From Campylobacterales bacterium (GTDB taxonomy: Bacteria; Campylobacterota; Campylobacteria; Campylobacterales; QNZT01), in the NCBI GenBank assembly GCA_027068765.1, contig JAMOMC010000172.1, forward strand, positions 5,123 to 69,122: a DNA stretch of 64,000 nt, read 5' to 3'. A model generated the notes under the pieces. It was not told where the DNA came from and did not search any database. It saw only the letters and a list, made by a program, of their open reading frames with translations. Shown piece after piece: positions 37,555-46,050 of the stretch. Within the stretch, counting starts at the first letter, position 1. Each line of letters opens with the position of its first letter. Both the position numbers and the translations under genes were made by a program.

Positions 37555-37964
37555 GAGATGAAAGTAAATTTTCACTTGTTATCTTTTATAGTTTAGTTTT
37601 TGCATCTTTAACTATCTTTAGTGGATTGGGACTTTTTGTTTTGGATGAGAGTTGGTCAAGTAGTCAAAGTGAGCTTAAAAAAAGTTTTGAAGGGATGCTT
37701 GAGGTTGTAACTCCTCATCTCTTTGCTATGGCAATTTTTGCTTTTGTAATAAATCATTTTTTACTTTTTATCCAAGGCTTTTGTCAAAAAAAGGCATTAA
37801 AATTCTCAATGTTTATCTATCTTGTTATTGTTTTGATAAATTTTAGTGGATATTTTGCATCTTTGGGATTTGTCGCTTTCATCTGGATAAAAATCTTTTT
37901 TTTACTCATTTTCACCCTTAGCTTTTTATGGGTATTTTATAAAATCTTAGGCTATAATCGTTAA
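37551..37964 (+). CDS. 4-TM membrane protein with conserved His (unknown; distant paralog of the preceding gene?)
   Basis: 'MLEVVTPHLFAMAIFAFVINHF' echoes the 'E....H.(D)LF.M' segment of the previous protein. 4-bp overlap. Confidence 0.5.
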   Translation: MRDESKFSLVIFYSLVFASLTIFSGLGLFVLDESWSSSQSELKKSFEGMLEVVTPHLFAMAIFAFVINHFLLFIQGFCQKKALKFSMFIYLVIVLINFSGYFASLGFVAFIWIKIFFLLIFTLSFLWVFYKILGYNR

Positions 37965-37976
37965 AAACGGAATATT

Positions 37977-39275
37977 TTGAATACTTTAGAAGAGACATTA
38001 AGACATCTTGAAACAAGAAATATATTTTTAACAGGTGGAGCAGGAGTTGGGAAAAGTTATCTTACGAAAGAGATAAAAGATAGTTATGAAAATAGTTATA
38101 GAGGTGTTATTGTTCTTGGAAGTACAGGAATTTCAGCTGTAAATGTTGGAGGACAGACAATTCATAGTTTTTTTGCATTTGGCATCTCATCTAACTTTGA
38201 AGAGTTAGCATCAAATGATAGATACAATAAAAATAGACTAAAAGAGCTTACAAAAATTCTCAAAAAAACTAAACTTTTAATCATTGATGAGATTAGCATG
38301 GTTAGTGCTGATTTGATGGATATGATACTTTATCGCCTTAGAAATGCAAAATTTGGTGGAAAAATTTTGGTTGTTGGGGATTTTTATCAACTTCCTCCTA
38401 TACAAAAAACTAAAAACAGCACCATATTTTCTGAAAATCTTTATGCATTTCAAAGTAGTGCTTGGGAAGTTTTTGATTTTGTTTCACTTGAATTAACCAA
38501 AATTAAAAGAACTTCAAATAAAGAGTTTATGAAAGTTTTAGAAAAAATTAGAGTAGGGGAGTTAGATAATGAAGTTTTAAGATATTTAAATATTTTAAAG
38601 GAACAGAGTTTTGATAATATAAACGAAGCGACCACTCTTCACGGAAGAAATTTAGAGGCTGATTTAGTAAATAGACAAAAAGTGGCTGGGGTAGCAATGC
38701 CTGAGCATGATTTACCTGCAATTACAGAGATAAAAGATAAAAAACTTCATGAAAATAGAATAAAATCTTGGAAAAATTCACTTCCAATTGTTGAAGATTT
38801 AAAACTAAAAGAGGGAATACCTATAATATTTACAACAAATAAATGGGGGAATTTTCACAATGGAGAGAGAGCATTTGTTGAGCATATAGATAGTGATAGT
38901 GTAGTAGTTTCTAAAGAGGGTAGGCTTTTAAAAGTTGATAGATTTGAATTTGAACTTGGAAGATCTGAGATAAATGAAAAAGGAGCTTTAGACTCTGAAG
39001 TTTTATGTACATTAAAACAGTTTCCACTTCGCCCAGCTTATGCCATAACTATACATAAATCACAAGGCATGAGTTTAAATCAACTTATTTGCAATGTTGA
39101 CAATATCTTTGCAGATAGTCAATTTTATGTTGCTTTAAGCCGTGCAGTTGACCCTAAAAAGCTTAAAATTTTATACACAAGAGATGATTTTGAAGTTTAC
39201 TTAAAAAGGGTTGTAAATGTGAGTGAGAGTGTTAAAGAGTTTTATCAAAAAAGTGATATGATAAAACTTGATTAA
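37977..39275 (+). CDS. PIF1/RecD-family SF1 DNA helicase
   Basis: Walker A 'GGAGVGKSY', 'LIIDEISMV', 'VVGDFYQLPP' and 'AITIHKSQGMS'. TTG start. Confidence 0.75.
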   Translation: MNTLEETLRHLETRNIFLTGGAGVGKSYLTKEIKDSYENSYRGVIVLGSTGISAVNVGGQTIHSFFAFGISSNFEELASNDRYNKNRLKELTKILKKTKLLIIDEISMVSADLMDMILYRLRNAKFGGKILVVGDFYQLPPIQKTKNSTIFSENLYAFQSSAWEVFDFVSLELTKIKRTSNKEFMKVLEKIRVGELDNEVLRYLNILKEQSFDNINEATTLHGRNLEADLVNRQKVAGVAMPEHDLPAITEIKDKKLHENRIKSWKNSLPIVEDLKLKEGIPIIFTTNKWGNFHNGERAFVEHIDSDSVVVSKEGRLLKVDRFEFELGRSEINEKGALDSEVLCTLKQFPLRPAYAITIHKSQGMSLNQLICNVDNIFADSQFYVALSRAVDPKKLKILYTRDDFEVYLKRVVNVSESVKEFYQKSDMIKLD

Positions 39276-39983
39276 TTATTTTTGTGCTATAAAAAGTGTT
39301 GAAATATCCATAGAGTAACCTTTAACTTCTTTCATAGTAAATCCAACTTCATTTAACTCAGAGACTAACATCTCTTTTGTCAAAAAACCCTCTATGGAGT
39401 TTGGAAGATATGAGTAAGCTTCATAGTTTTTAGATAAAATCCCACCAACAAGAGGTAAAATTCTCTTCATATAAAAATCTCTAACTCGTGAAGCAATGCT
39501 TGCTTTTTGTAGTTTTGTAAACTCTAAAATCACAAGTAAGCCACCAGGTTTTAAAACTCTATAAAACTCTTCTAATCCCTCTTTTCTATCTATTACATTT
39601 CTAAGACCATAAGAGATGCTAAGTATATCTACACTAGCATCTTTAAAAGGGAGTTTTTTAGCTTCAGCTTCTACAAAACTTGCAACAAGATTTTTCTCTT
39701 TAGCTTTTTGTAGCATCCCAACAGATGGGTCAACACCGATAATCTCTTTTATTAAAATTTTTGAATTTTTTGCTCTTTTATCCCAAAACTCACACATATC
39801 ACCAGTACCACAAGCCACATCTAAAATAGTATCTATCTCTTTTTTATCATAAAATTTAAAACTTTTATCACATGCATCTTTTCTCCAGCTTTTATCTACT
39901 CCAAAACTAAGAACTCTATTTGCCACATCATAAGTGCCAGATATGTTATTAAACATGTTGACAATTTTTTCTTGTTTATTCAA
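39276..39983 (-). CDS. ubiE: Demethylmenaquinone/ubiquinone C-methyltransferase
   Basis: 'YDVANRVLSFGVDKSWR' and SAM motif 'ILDVACGTGD'. Typical UbiE/MenG length. Confidence 0.85.
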   Translation of the reverse strand: MNKQEKIVNMFNNISGTYDVANRVLSFGVDKSWRKDACDKSFKFYDKKEIDTILDVACGTGDMCEFWDKRAKNSKILIKEIIGVDPSVGMLQKAKEKNLVASFVEAEAKKLPFKDASVDILSISYGLRNVIDRKEGLEEFYRVLKPGGLLVILEFTKLQKASIASRVRDFYMKRILPLVGGILSKNYEAYSYLPNSIEGFLTKEMLVSELNEVGFTMKEVKGYSMDISTLFIAQK

Positions 39984-39994
39984 ATTTCTTCACC

Positions 39995-40759
39995 TTATTT
40001 ATAATATTTTTTAGCTTTTGGGATAAGTGCTTTTATCCTATTTATTCTGTTTATATCAGCTGGATGTGTAGATAAAAATTCTGGTGGATTTTTACTATTT
40101 TGTTTTAATTTTCTCATATTATCCCAAAATCTTACAGCTTCATCTGGATTGTATCCAGCTTTGGTCATAAGATATAGACCAATCTCATCAGATTCATACT
40201 CAAACTTTCTACTAAAAGGTAAAACCATCCCATATGTTTCGCTCACACCATATGCTTGGTTAATTACTTGTGAGTATTGACCGCCACCTATTGTTTTTGA
40301 AGCTATCTCTTTTCCTACTCTTCCAAGTTGTATCATGCTCATTCTCTCAGCGCCATGACGAGCTATCGCATGAGCTACTTCATGTCCCATAACAACTGCT
40401 AGTTGATCCTCATTTTGTACAGCTTTGAATAAACCAGTATATACAAATACTTTTCCTCCAGGCAGAACAAAAGCATTTAAAACATCCTTTTCAATTACAA
40501 AAAATTGCCATTTATAATCTGGCTGATTTGCAACTGCTGCTATCCTTTTTCCAACCTTTTGTACAAGAGCATTGATTTTTCTATCTCTGCTAAGAGCCTC
40601 TTTTTGTAAAATTTGTTGAGCTGATTGATAACCCATTTGCATCTCTTGTTGTGGAGAAAATATTATCATCTGTTTTCTGTTTGTGTAAGGTGTTTTACTG
40701 CAAGATGTAAAAATTGCTAAAACCAAAACTAGCAAAATCGCTTTTGAAATACTCTTCAT
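39995..40759 (-). CDS. M48-family zinc metallopeptidase lipoprotein
   Basis: Lipobox 'IFTSC', 'HEVAHAIARH' (HExxH), and a downstream 'E..SDEIG' third-ligand region. Confidence 0.8.
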   Translation of the reverse strand: MKSISKAILLVLVLAIFTSCSKTPYTNRKQMIIFSPQQEMQMGYQSAQQILQKEALSRDRKINALVQKVGKRIAAVANQPDYKWQFFVIEKDVLNAFVLPGGKVFVYTGLFKAVQNEDQLAVVMGHEVAHAIARHGAERMSMIQLGRVGKEIASKTIGGGQYSQVINQAYGVSETYGMVLPFSRKFEYESDEIGLYLMTKAGYNPDEAVRFWDNMRKLKQNSKNPPEFLSTHPADINRINRIKALIPKAKKYYK

Positions 40760-40780
40760 TCAAATGCCTTTTTGTTTTGA

Positions 40781-42190
40781 TTATAACAAATTACTGCTTT
40801 TGTTTTTAAAGTTTTTGAAAGCTGTTTTAAACTCATCTACTTTTTTTGACATTGAGATAGAACTCTCATTTTCAATTGTTTCCAAAAGTTTATCATAGTC
40901 TTCTGGTTTGTGTTTTAAGTTTTCTAAATATGTATATAAAATTATCCGTTTTTTCTTTAAAACCTCAATATTTATAAGTTTTGTTAATACTTTGTCGTTG
41001 TCGTTGTTGTCTATTAACATATCAAATTCATTATCTATGATTTTTAGAGCTGTAAATGATTTTTTGATTCTTTTATAACTTTTTAAACTCTCGCAATCTT
41101 TGTATGTTTTACACAATAAATCTATCTCATTATGTAATTTTAAAATTTTTTCATTAAGAGTATTTTCAATTGCTAATTTAGCTTCATTTTTTAAAAACTC
41201 TCTACTGCTCTCTTTAATCATTAACTCATATTGTCTAAATATTATAGAAAATTTCCGTGTATTAAAAAATAGAGTTATTTTACTTTTTTCTTTAGAAATT
41301 TTTTCTTTAATATTTTTTTGAAACCCCTTCATCTCTTTTTTATCTATTAAAGACTCCATTTGGGCTAACTCTTTTTGAATAAATTTAAGATCTTTATGAG
41401 TTTTTAGTGCAATTTTCATAATTTTTAGATGAGATATAACCTTTTGAATGATATTTTTATCAAAAATATTTTCATACAAAGACAATAAAACTCTACTTTT
41501 TTTAATTGCCTTATCAAACTTTTTTAAACCTTTTTTGCCACCTGTTTCAACTATAAGGTCTTTAGAAATTTTTAGCTCAGTTAATAGTTTTAAAAGTACA
41601 ATTCTAAGAGCATCACTTGTGTGCATTTTATCAAAAATTATCTTTTTTAAATCTTGATTTCTACCAAGCTCTATATCTTTAAAAATTGAATAAATATCGT
41701 AGCTACTTTTATTTTTTTCTCCTAAGAGTGCTAAGTTTTTCTCTAAATAGTAATCATTAGATGTTATATCTTTAATAATATAGTGCTTAAATGTATCTGG
41801 AATTTTAAAATTCTCCAAATCACTCTTTCTATTTAGAATAATTTCAAGAGTGTAAATGTCACTCAATTTATCTCTATATTTATCTATGTAATACTCATTT
41901 TTATTGTCTAATATTAAAAAACGACTCTTTTTTATTTTGTAACCAATAGCTTTTTTTTTCATCTTCTCATAAAGCTCTTTTGTTATTTTTCTTCTTCTTT
42001 TATCAAGTGAGCCTAAAGTTCCATTTTTTGTAGTTTTATAAAAATATGGAGGTATGTGACTATATTTAGTCTCTTTGCAAACTTTAATATTTGTAAAAAA
42101 AATTGAAACCTCTTGGCTTTGCAGTTTTAAATCATCTATCAAAGTATCGATAGTAGAATTTAAAAGATATTTTTTCTTTATCTGATACAT
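40781..42190 (-). CDS. Hypothetical protein, possible divergent CYTH + CHAD architecture
   Basis: The N-terminal 'YQIKKKYLL' sits where CYTH has 'EIERKFL'. 'IKKSRFLI...YIDKY...LEII' and 'DITSNDYYLEKNLA' follow the CYTH strand order. The K-rich helical C-terminal half is CHAD-like. Eye-level evidence only. Confidence 0.4.
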   Translation of the reverse strand: MYQIKKKYLLNSTIDTLIDDLKLQSQEVSIFFTNIKVCKETKYSHIPPYFYKTTKNGTLGSLDKRRRKITKELYEKMKKKAIGYKIKKSRFLILDNKNEYYIDKYRDKLSDIYTLEIILNRKSDLENFKIPDTFKHYIIKDITSNDYYLEKNLALLGEKNKSSYDIYSIFKDIELGRNQDLKKIIFDKMHTSDALRIVLLKLLTELKISKDLIVETGGKKGLKKFDKAIKKSRVLLSLYENIFDKNIIQKVISHLKIMKIALKTHKDLKFIQKELAQMESLIDKKEMKGFQKNIKEKISKEKSKITLFFNTRKFSIIFRQYELMIKESSREFLKNEAKLAIENTLNEKILKLHNEIDLLCKTYKDCESLKSYKRIKKSFTALKIIDNEFDMLIDNNDNDKVLTKLINIEVLKKKRIILYTYLENLKHKPEDYDKLLETIENESSISMSKKVDEFKTAFKNFKNKSSNLL

Positions 42191-42310
42191 CTTATTCCTT
42201 ATAATATACTATTATACAAAAAAAAGTTACTTTTCAAGAATATATTTGTATAAATGGTAAAAAAGTCATAATTTTGTTACTATTTTGGATGTTTTTAGTC
42301 GGAGCTTCAT

Positions 42311-42342
42311 TTAATTGCAGCATAAAAAAATGCCACAATTAA
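42311..42342 (-). terminator. Hairpin downstream of the PG-binding lipoprotein gene
   Basis: 13-bp stem (two G:U pairs on the minus-strand RNA) with a 6-nt loop, 11 nt after the stop. No clear U-tract. Confidence 0.35.
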
Positions 42343-42352
42343 AATAGTTTGT

Positions 42353-43453
42353 TTAAAGACCTAATGAGTTTAAAGTCTCTTTTGTTAGTGCACCAGTTGA
42401 GAGTCCATTTGCTCTTTGATATTTTTCTAATGCCGCTCTTGTTCTCCATCCAAAAATTCCATCAATTGGACCTGGACTTATGCCTGTATCTTTTAATGCT
42501 TTTTGAACACTTCTGATATTTGGCTTTGACATATTTGTTTTACAAAGTACAGGTTGCCACTTTAATTGTGCATCTGATACTTTTACCTTTTTTGTAATTG
42601 TCTGATAGCTCTCAGGAACTAAGCTCTTTTTTACAGATGCTGGCTCTACCAACTCTCTTACTTTTACAGTTTTATAAACAGCAGGAATAGGGATAACTCT
42701 TGTAGTTGCAGGATTGTCTAAAATAGTTCTTTTTACTGTTTTATATTTTGGAGGAATAGGTATAGATTTTGTAGTTGCTGGAGTTTTAAGAACCCTTTTT
42801 GTTACAGTTTTGTACTGTGCTGGAACATTTACAAGACATAAAATTTCACCTGTTAAGTTATTTAATTTTTCAACTGGACCTCTGCCTTTTCTCCAAGCAG
42901 TATGAGCATCTTTTACTAAAATTTTCTCTGTTATAGTTTCGTAGGTTGCAGGAACGGTAACTAATCTTTCACTAGCTTCTGAGACTAAAACTTTTTCAGT
43001 TATTTTTTTGTAAGTTGCAGGAACAGCTACCAATCTCTCACCAGCCTCTTTTACAAGTATCTTTTTTGTAGTTGTTGCATATTTAGCGGGAACAACTGTA
43101 ACATTTTCACTAGCCTCTTTAGCTAAAACTTGCTCTTTTTGTAGCTCATATTTTGCAGGAATTAAAACTCTTGCAAAACACTCACCAGCTTTTGCATTTG
43201 GTGGGTATAAAGAGCCTCCGCTACTTACTGTAACTTCTCTAGTAACAGTTTTACCAGTATTAGCTCTAGCTTCTAAAATTGCTACTTGAAGCGCTGCAAT
43301 TTGCCTATCTTTATCATCTTCTACAGAAGTAAAACTTTGTGGGGCTTTTACACCTGGTGTTTTGCAAGCTTTTTTCTCTGCACAGCCACTTATACTTAAA
43401 GCAACCGCTGCGGATAATAAAATCGGTATGCTTTTTCTCTTATCTATATTCAT
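42353..43453 (-). CDS. Repeat-containing lipoprotein with C-terminal peptidoglycan-binding domain
   Basis: ATG 43453 is preceded by AAGGAG. Lipobox 'SISGC'. About 8 tandem ~22-aa 'VPAxYKT(V/I)TxKVL' repeats. C-terminal PG_binding_1-like 'VQKALKDTGISPGPIDGIFGWRTRAALEKYQ'. Confidence 0.7.
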   Translation of the reverse strand: MNIDKRKSIPILLSAAVALSISGCAEKKACKTPGVKAPQSFTSVEDDKDRQIAALQVAILEARANTGKTVTREVTVSSGGSLYPPNAKAGECFARVLIPAKYELQKEQVLAKEASENVTVVPAKYATTTKKILVKEAGERLVAVPATYKKITEKVLVSEASERLVTVPATYETITEKILVKDAHTAWRKGRGPVEKLNNLTGEILCLVNVPAQYKTVTKRVLKTPATTKSIPIPPKYKTVKRTILDNPATTRVIPIPAVYKTVKVRELVEPASVKKSLVPESYQTITKKVKVSDAQLKWQPVLCKTNMSKPNIRSVQKALKDTGISPGPIDGIFGWRTRAALEKYQRANGLSTGALTKETLNSLGL

Positions 43454-43543
43454 TTTAGAACTCCTTAAATTCAATAGCTTGTATTATGTTATAAAATTAT
43501 TGAGTATCTAATAATATAAACATATTACAAAATAAATTTTATT

Positions 43544-43990
43544 TTAATTTAATAAACTTTTTACCTGTGAGCTTACGCTTTTTCCATCAGCTAAATTCCC
43601 AACTTTTTGCATAGTTAGTTTGATAACACTTCCCATATCTTTCACTCCACTAGCTCCACTTTGTGAAATTATATCTTCTATTATCGATTTTAATTCACTT
43701 TCATCTAACTGTTTTGGTAGGTAGCTTTTTAACAAATTCGCCTCTTTAACCTCTTTTTCATATAATTCATCTCTTTTTGCTTCTTTATATTGTTTAGCTG
43801 CATCATCTCTTTGTTTTATCGATTTTTGTATGATTTTAAAAATATCATCATCACTTAACTCTCTTCTCTCATCAACTTCAACTTGTTTTAATGCACTCAT
43901 CAAAAATCGTATTGTTTCTCGTTTGAAAACATCTTTTGCTCTCATTGCATCTTTTAAATCACTCTGTAATTTCTCTTTTATTTGACTCAT
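43544..43990 (-). CDS. GatB/YqeY domain protein
   Basis: 'LKDAMRAKD', 'ETIRFLMSALKQVEVDERR' and 'EEIIS...GMGSVIK'-type C-terminus. Length 148 aa. Confidence 0.85.
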   Translation of the reverse strand: MSQIKEKLQSDLKDAMRAKDVFKRETIRFLMSALKQVEVDERRELSDDDIFKIIQKSIKQRDDAAKQYKEAKRDELYEKEVKEANLLKSYLPKQLDESELKSIIEDIISQSGASGVKDMGSVIKLTMQKVGNLADGKSVSSQVKSLLN

Positions 43991-44050
43991 TTTTATCCTT
44001 TTGGAATAGTTTATGCTTCATTATAACCAATGAATAATAAGGATTAAAAA

Positions 44051-44779
44051 ATGAAACTTAGTTTAAGTTTAATTATAGCTATATATATCGCACTATTTGC
44101 AGGATGTACAACTCATCAAGTAGAACCTAGAATTTCGATGAAAGCACCTGTTTATGTAGAACAAACTACTAAAAGAGCTTGTGGAAACAACTGTGATAAT
44201 GGCTTTAGCCAAAATGAAGGAAGTATCTATGCAAAAGGTGCGAGTACTCTATTTTCAGATAAAAAAGCAATGGGAATAAATGATATAGTAACAGTGGTTA
44301 TAGAGGAAAATACAGCTCAATCTTCTCAAGGAAATAAAAAAATTAGTGATAATTCTCAGAACAATATTGGTGGAGGAGTGTTTTCAGGAGCAAGTGGTGG
44401 CATCTCAAATTCAATTGCAAAAAATTTAAATGCGGCAACTGATATAGGTTTTAAAACAGCTTCAAATAGTAATTTCAGCGGTTCAGGAACACAATCTAGA
44501 AATGAAAAATTTACAACAACAATAAGTGCTAGAATTGTAAAAGTTTTAAAAAATGGAAATTATTTTATAGATGGAAGTAGGGAGCTTTTGCTAAATGGTA
44601 CTAAGCAGATGATTAGAGTTACAGGAGTTATAAGACCTTATGATATAGATCAGTTAAATACTATCGATTCAAAATACATAGCAGATGCAAAGATCCACTA
44701 TGAGACTGAAGGAGATATCAAAGAGGCTACTAGGCGTCCTTGGGGTTCTAGACTTGTTGATACAATTATGCCGTTTTAA
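44051..44779 (+). CDS. flgH: Flagellar L-ring lipoprotein FlgH
   Basis: Lipobox 'LFAGC', 'GINDIVTVVIEENTAQSSQG' and 'ITARIVKVLKNGNYFIDGSRELLLNG..Q.IRVTGVIRP.DI'. Confidence 0.85.
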   Translation: MKLSLSLIIAIYIALFAGCTTHQVEPRISMKAPVYVEQTTKRACGNNCDNGFSQNEGSIYAKGASTLFSDKKAMGINDIVTVVIEENTAQSSQGNKKISDNSQNNIGGGVFSGASGGISNSIAKNLNAATDIGFKTASNSNFSGSGTQSRNEKFTTTISARIVKVLKNGNYFIDGSRELLLNGTKQMIRVTGVIRPYDIDQLNTIDSKYIADAKIHYETEGDIKEATRRPWGSRLVDTIMPF

Positions 44780-44801
44780 TATTTCAAATTGAAATATTTT
44801 T
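44778..44801 (+). terminator. Rho-independent terminator candidate after flgH
   Basis: 'aatatttcaa-a-ttgaaatatt' forms a 10-bp stem followed by 'ttttat'. Confidence 0.5.
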
Positions 44802-44835
44802 ATAAATTAAATGAAAATTATCCTATACTTCTTGT

Positions 44836-46014
44836 ATGGATGATTTTTTTATAAACTATTTTATAGGTTTTTTCTCGGCATTATTACTGTTTTTTGGATT
44901 TTTTTGGATTTTTTTTCAAAAAAATGAGAGAAGGAGTAGGGCGATTATAAAGCGATTTTATGAATTAAAAGTTGAATATGCAAGATTACAGGAGCAGTTA
45001 GATAGTTCAAAAAATTTAAATGAAAGATTAAAAATAGAGTTTGAAAATATAGCAAACTCCATAATAGAGAAAAACTCTAGAACTTCCCAAGTTCACTTAG
45101 TAAATATTTTACAACCGTTTAAAGAAAATATAAAAGAGTTTAATTTAAAGATAGAAAACTACTATAAAGATGAGAGCAAAGAGAGGTTTTCACTTGTAAA
45201 AGAGATAGAGAAACTAAACTCATTAAACACACAAATGTCACAAGATGCTATAAATCTAACAAATGCACTAAAAGGTGACAATAAAATTCAAGGCGACTGG
45301 GGTGAGTATATCTTAGAGAGAGTTTTAGAAAACTCAGGACTTAAAAAAGGTCGTGAGTATGAGATACAAAAAGAGTTTAAAGATGAAAATGGAAAAAGTC
45401 TTCGTCCTGATGTGATAATTCATTTACCAGATAAAAAAGATATTATAATTGACTCTAAACTCTCACTTACAGCTTATGAGATGTACCATTCAAGTGATGA
45501 AAATGAGAGAGATTTTTATCTACAAAAACATATAAGCTCAATAAATACTCACATAAAACTTTTAGGTCAAAAAGCATATGAGCAGAGGATAGATATAAAT
45601 ACTTTAGATTTTGTCTTGATGTTTATCCCTATTGAAGCCGCTTTTTTATTAGCAGTGGAGATGGATAGGGGGCTTTATGAGAGAGCATATTCACAAAATA
45701 TTATTTTAGTATCTCCATCAACTCTTCTTGCAGTTTTAAGAACTATACAAAATAGCTGGAGATATGCGTACCAAAATAAAAATGCCCAATTAATCGCCAA
45801 AAAAGCGGGTGACATGCACGATAAATTTGTTGGCTTTATAAATGAGATGCAAAATGTCGAAAGTTCACTTCTAAAGGCGCAAAACAGTTACAATGATGCT
45901 TTTAAAAAGTTAAGCAGTGGCAAAGGAAATCTTATAAATAGGGCAAAAGAGTTAAAAGAGCTAGATGGAGTCTATCACAAGAAAGAGACTAAAGAATATG
46001 TTGGATTTACCTAA
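44836..46014 (+). CDS. rmuC: DNA recombination protein RmuC
   Basis: N-terminal TM and coiled coil. 'GDWGEYILERVLE', 'RPDVIIHLPD' and 'IIDSKLSL' form an RmuC nuclease-like core. Confidence 0.85.
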   Translation: MDDFFINYFIGFFSALLLFFGFFWIFFQKNERRSRAIIKRFYELKVEYARLQEQLDSSKNLNERLKIEFENIANSIIEKNSRTSQVHLVNILQPFKENIKEFNLKIENYYKDESKERFSLVKEIEKLNSLNTQMSQDAINLTNALKGDNKIQGDWGEYILERVLENSGLKKGREYEIQKEFKDENGKSLRPDVIIHLPDKKDIIIDSKLSLTAYEMYHSSDENERDFYLQKHISSINTHIKLLGQKAYEQRIDINTLDFVLMFIPIEAAFLLAVEMDRGLYERAYSQNIILVSPSTLLAVLRTIQNSWRYAYQNKNAQLIAKKAGDMHDKFVGFINEMQNVESSLLKAQNSYNDAFKKLSSGKGNLINRAKELKELDGVYHKKETKEYVGFT

Positions 46015-46048
46015 GTAAAGTAAAAAAAATACTTACATAAACTTAGGT
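46009..46048 (+). terminator. Hairpin + T-run after rmuC (convergent with NnrS-like gene)
   Basis: 'acctaagt...acttaggt' 8-bp outer stem followed by 'ttttt'. Confidence 0.35.
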
Positions 46049-46050
46049 TT

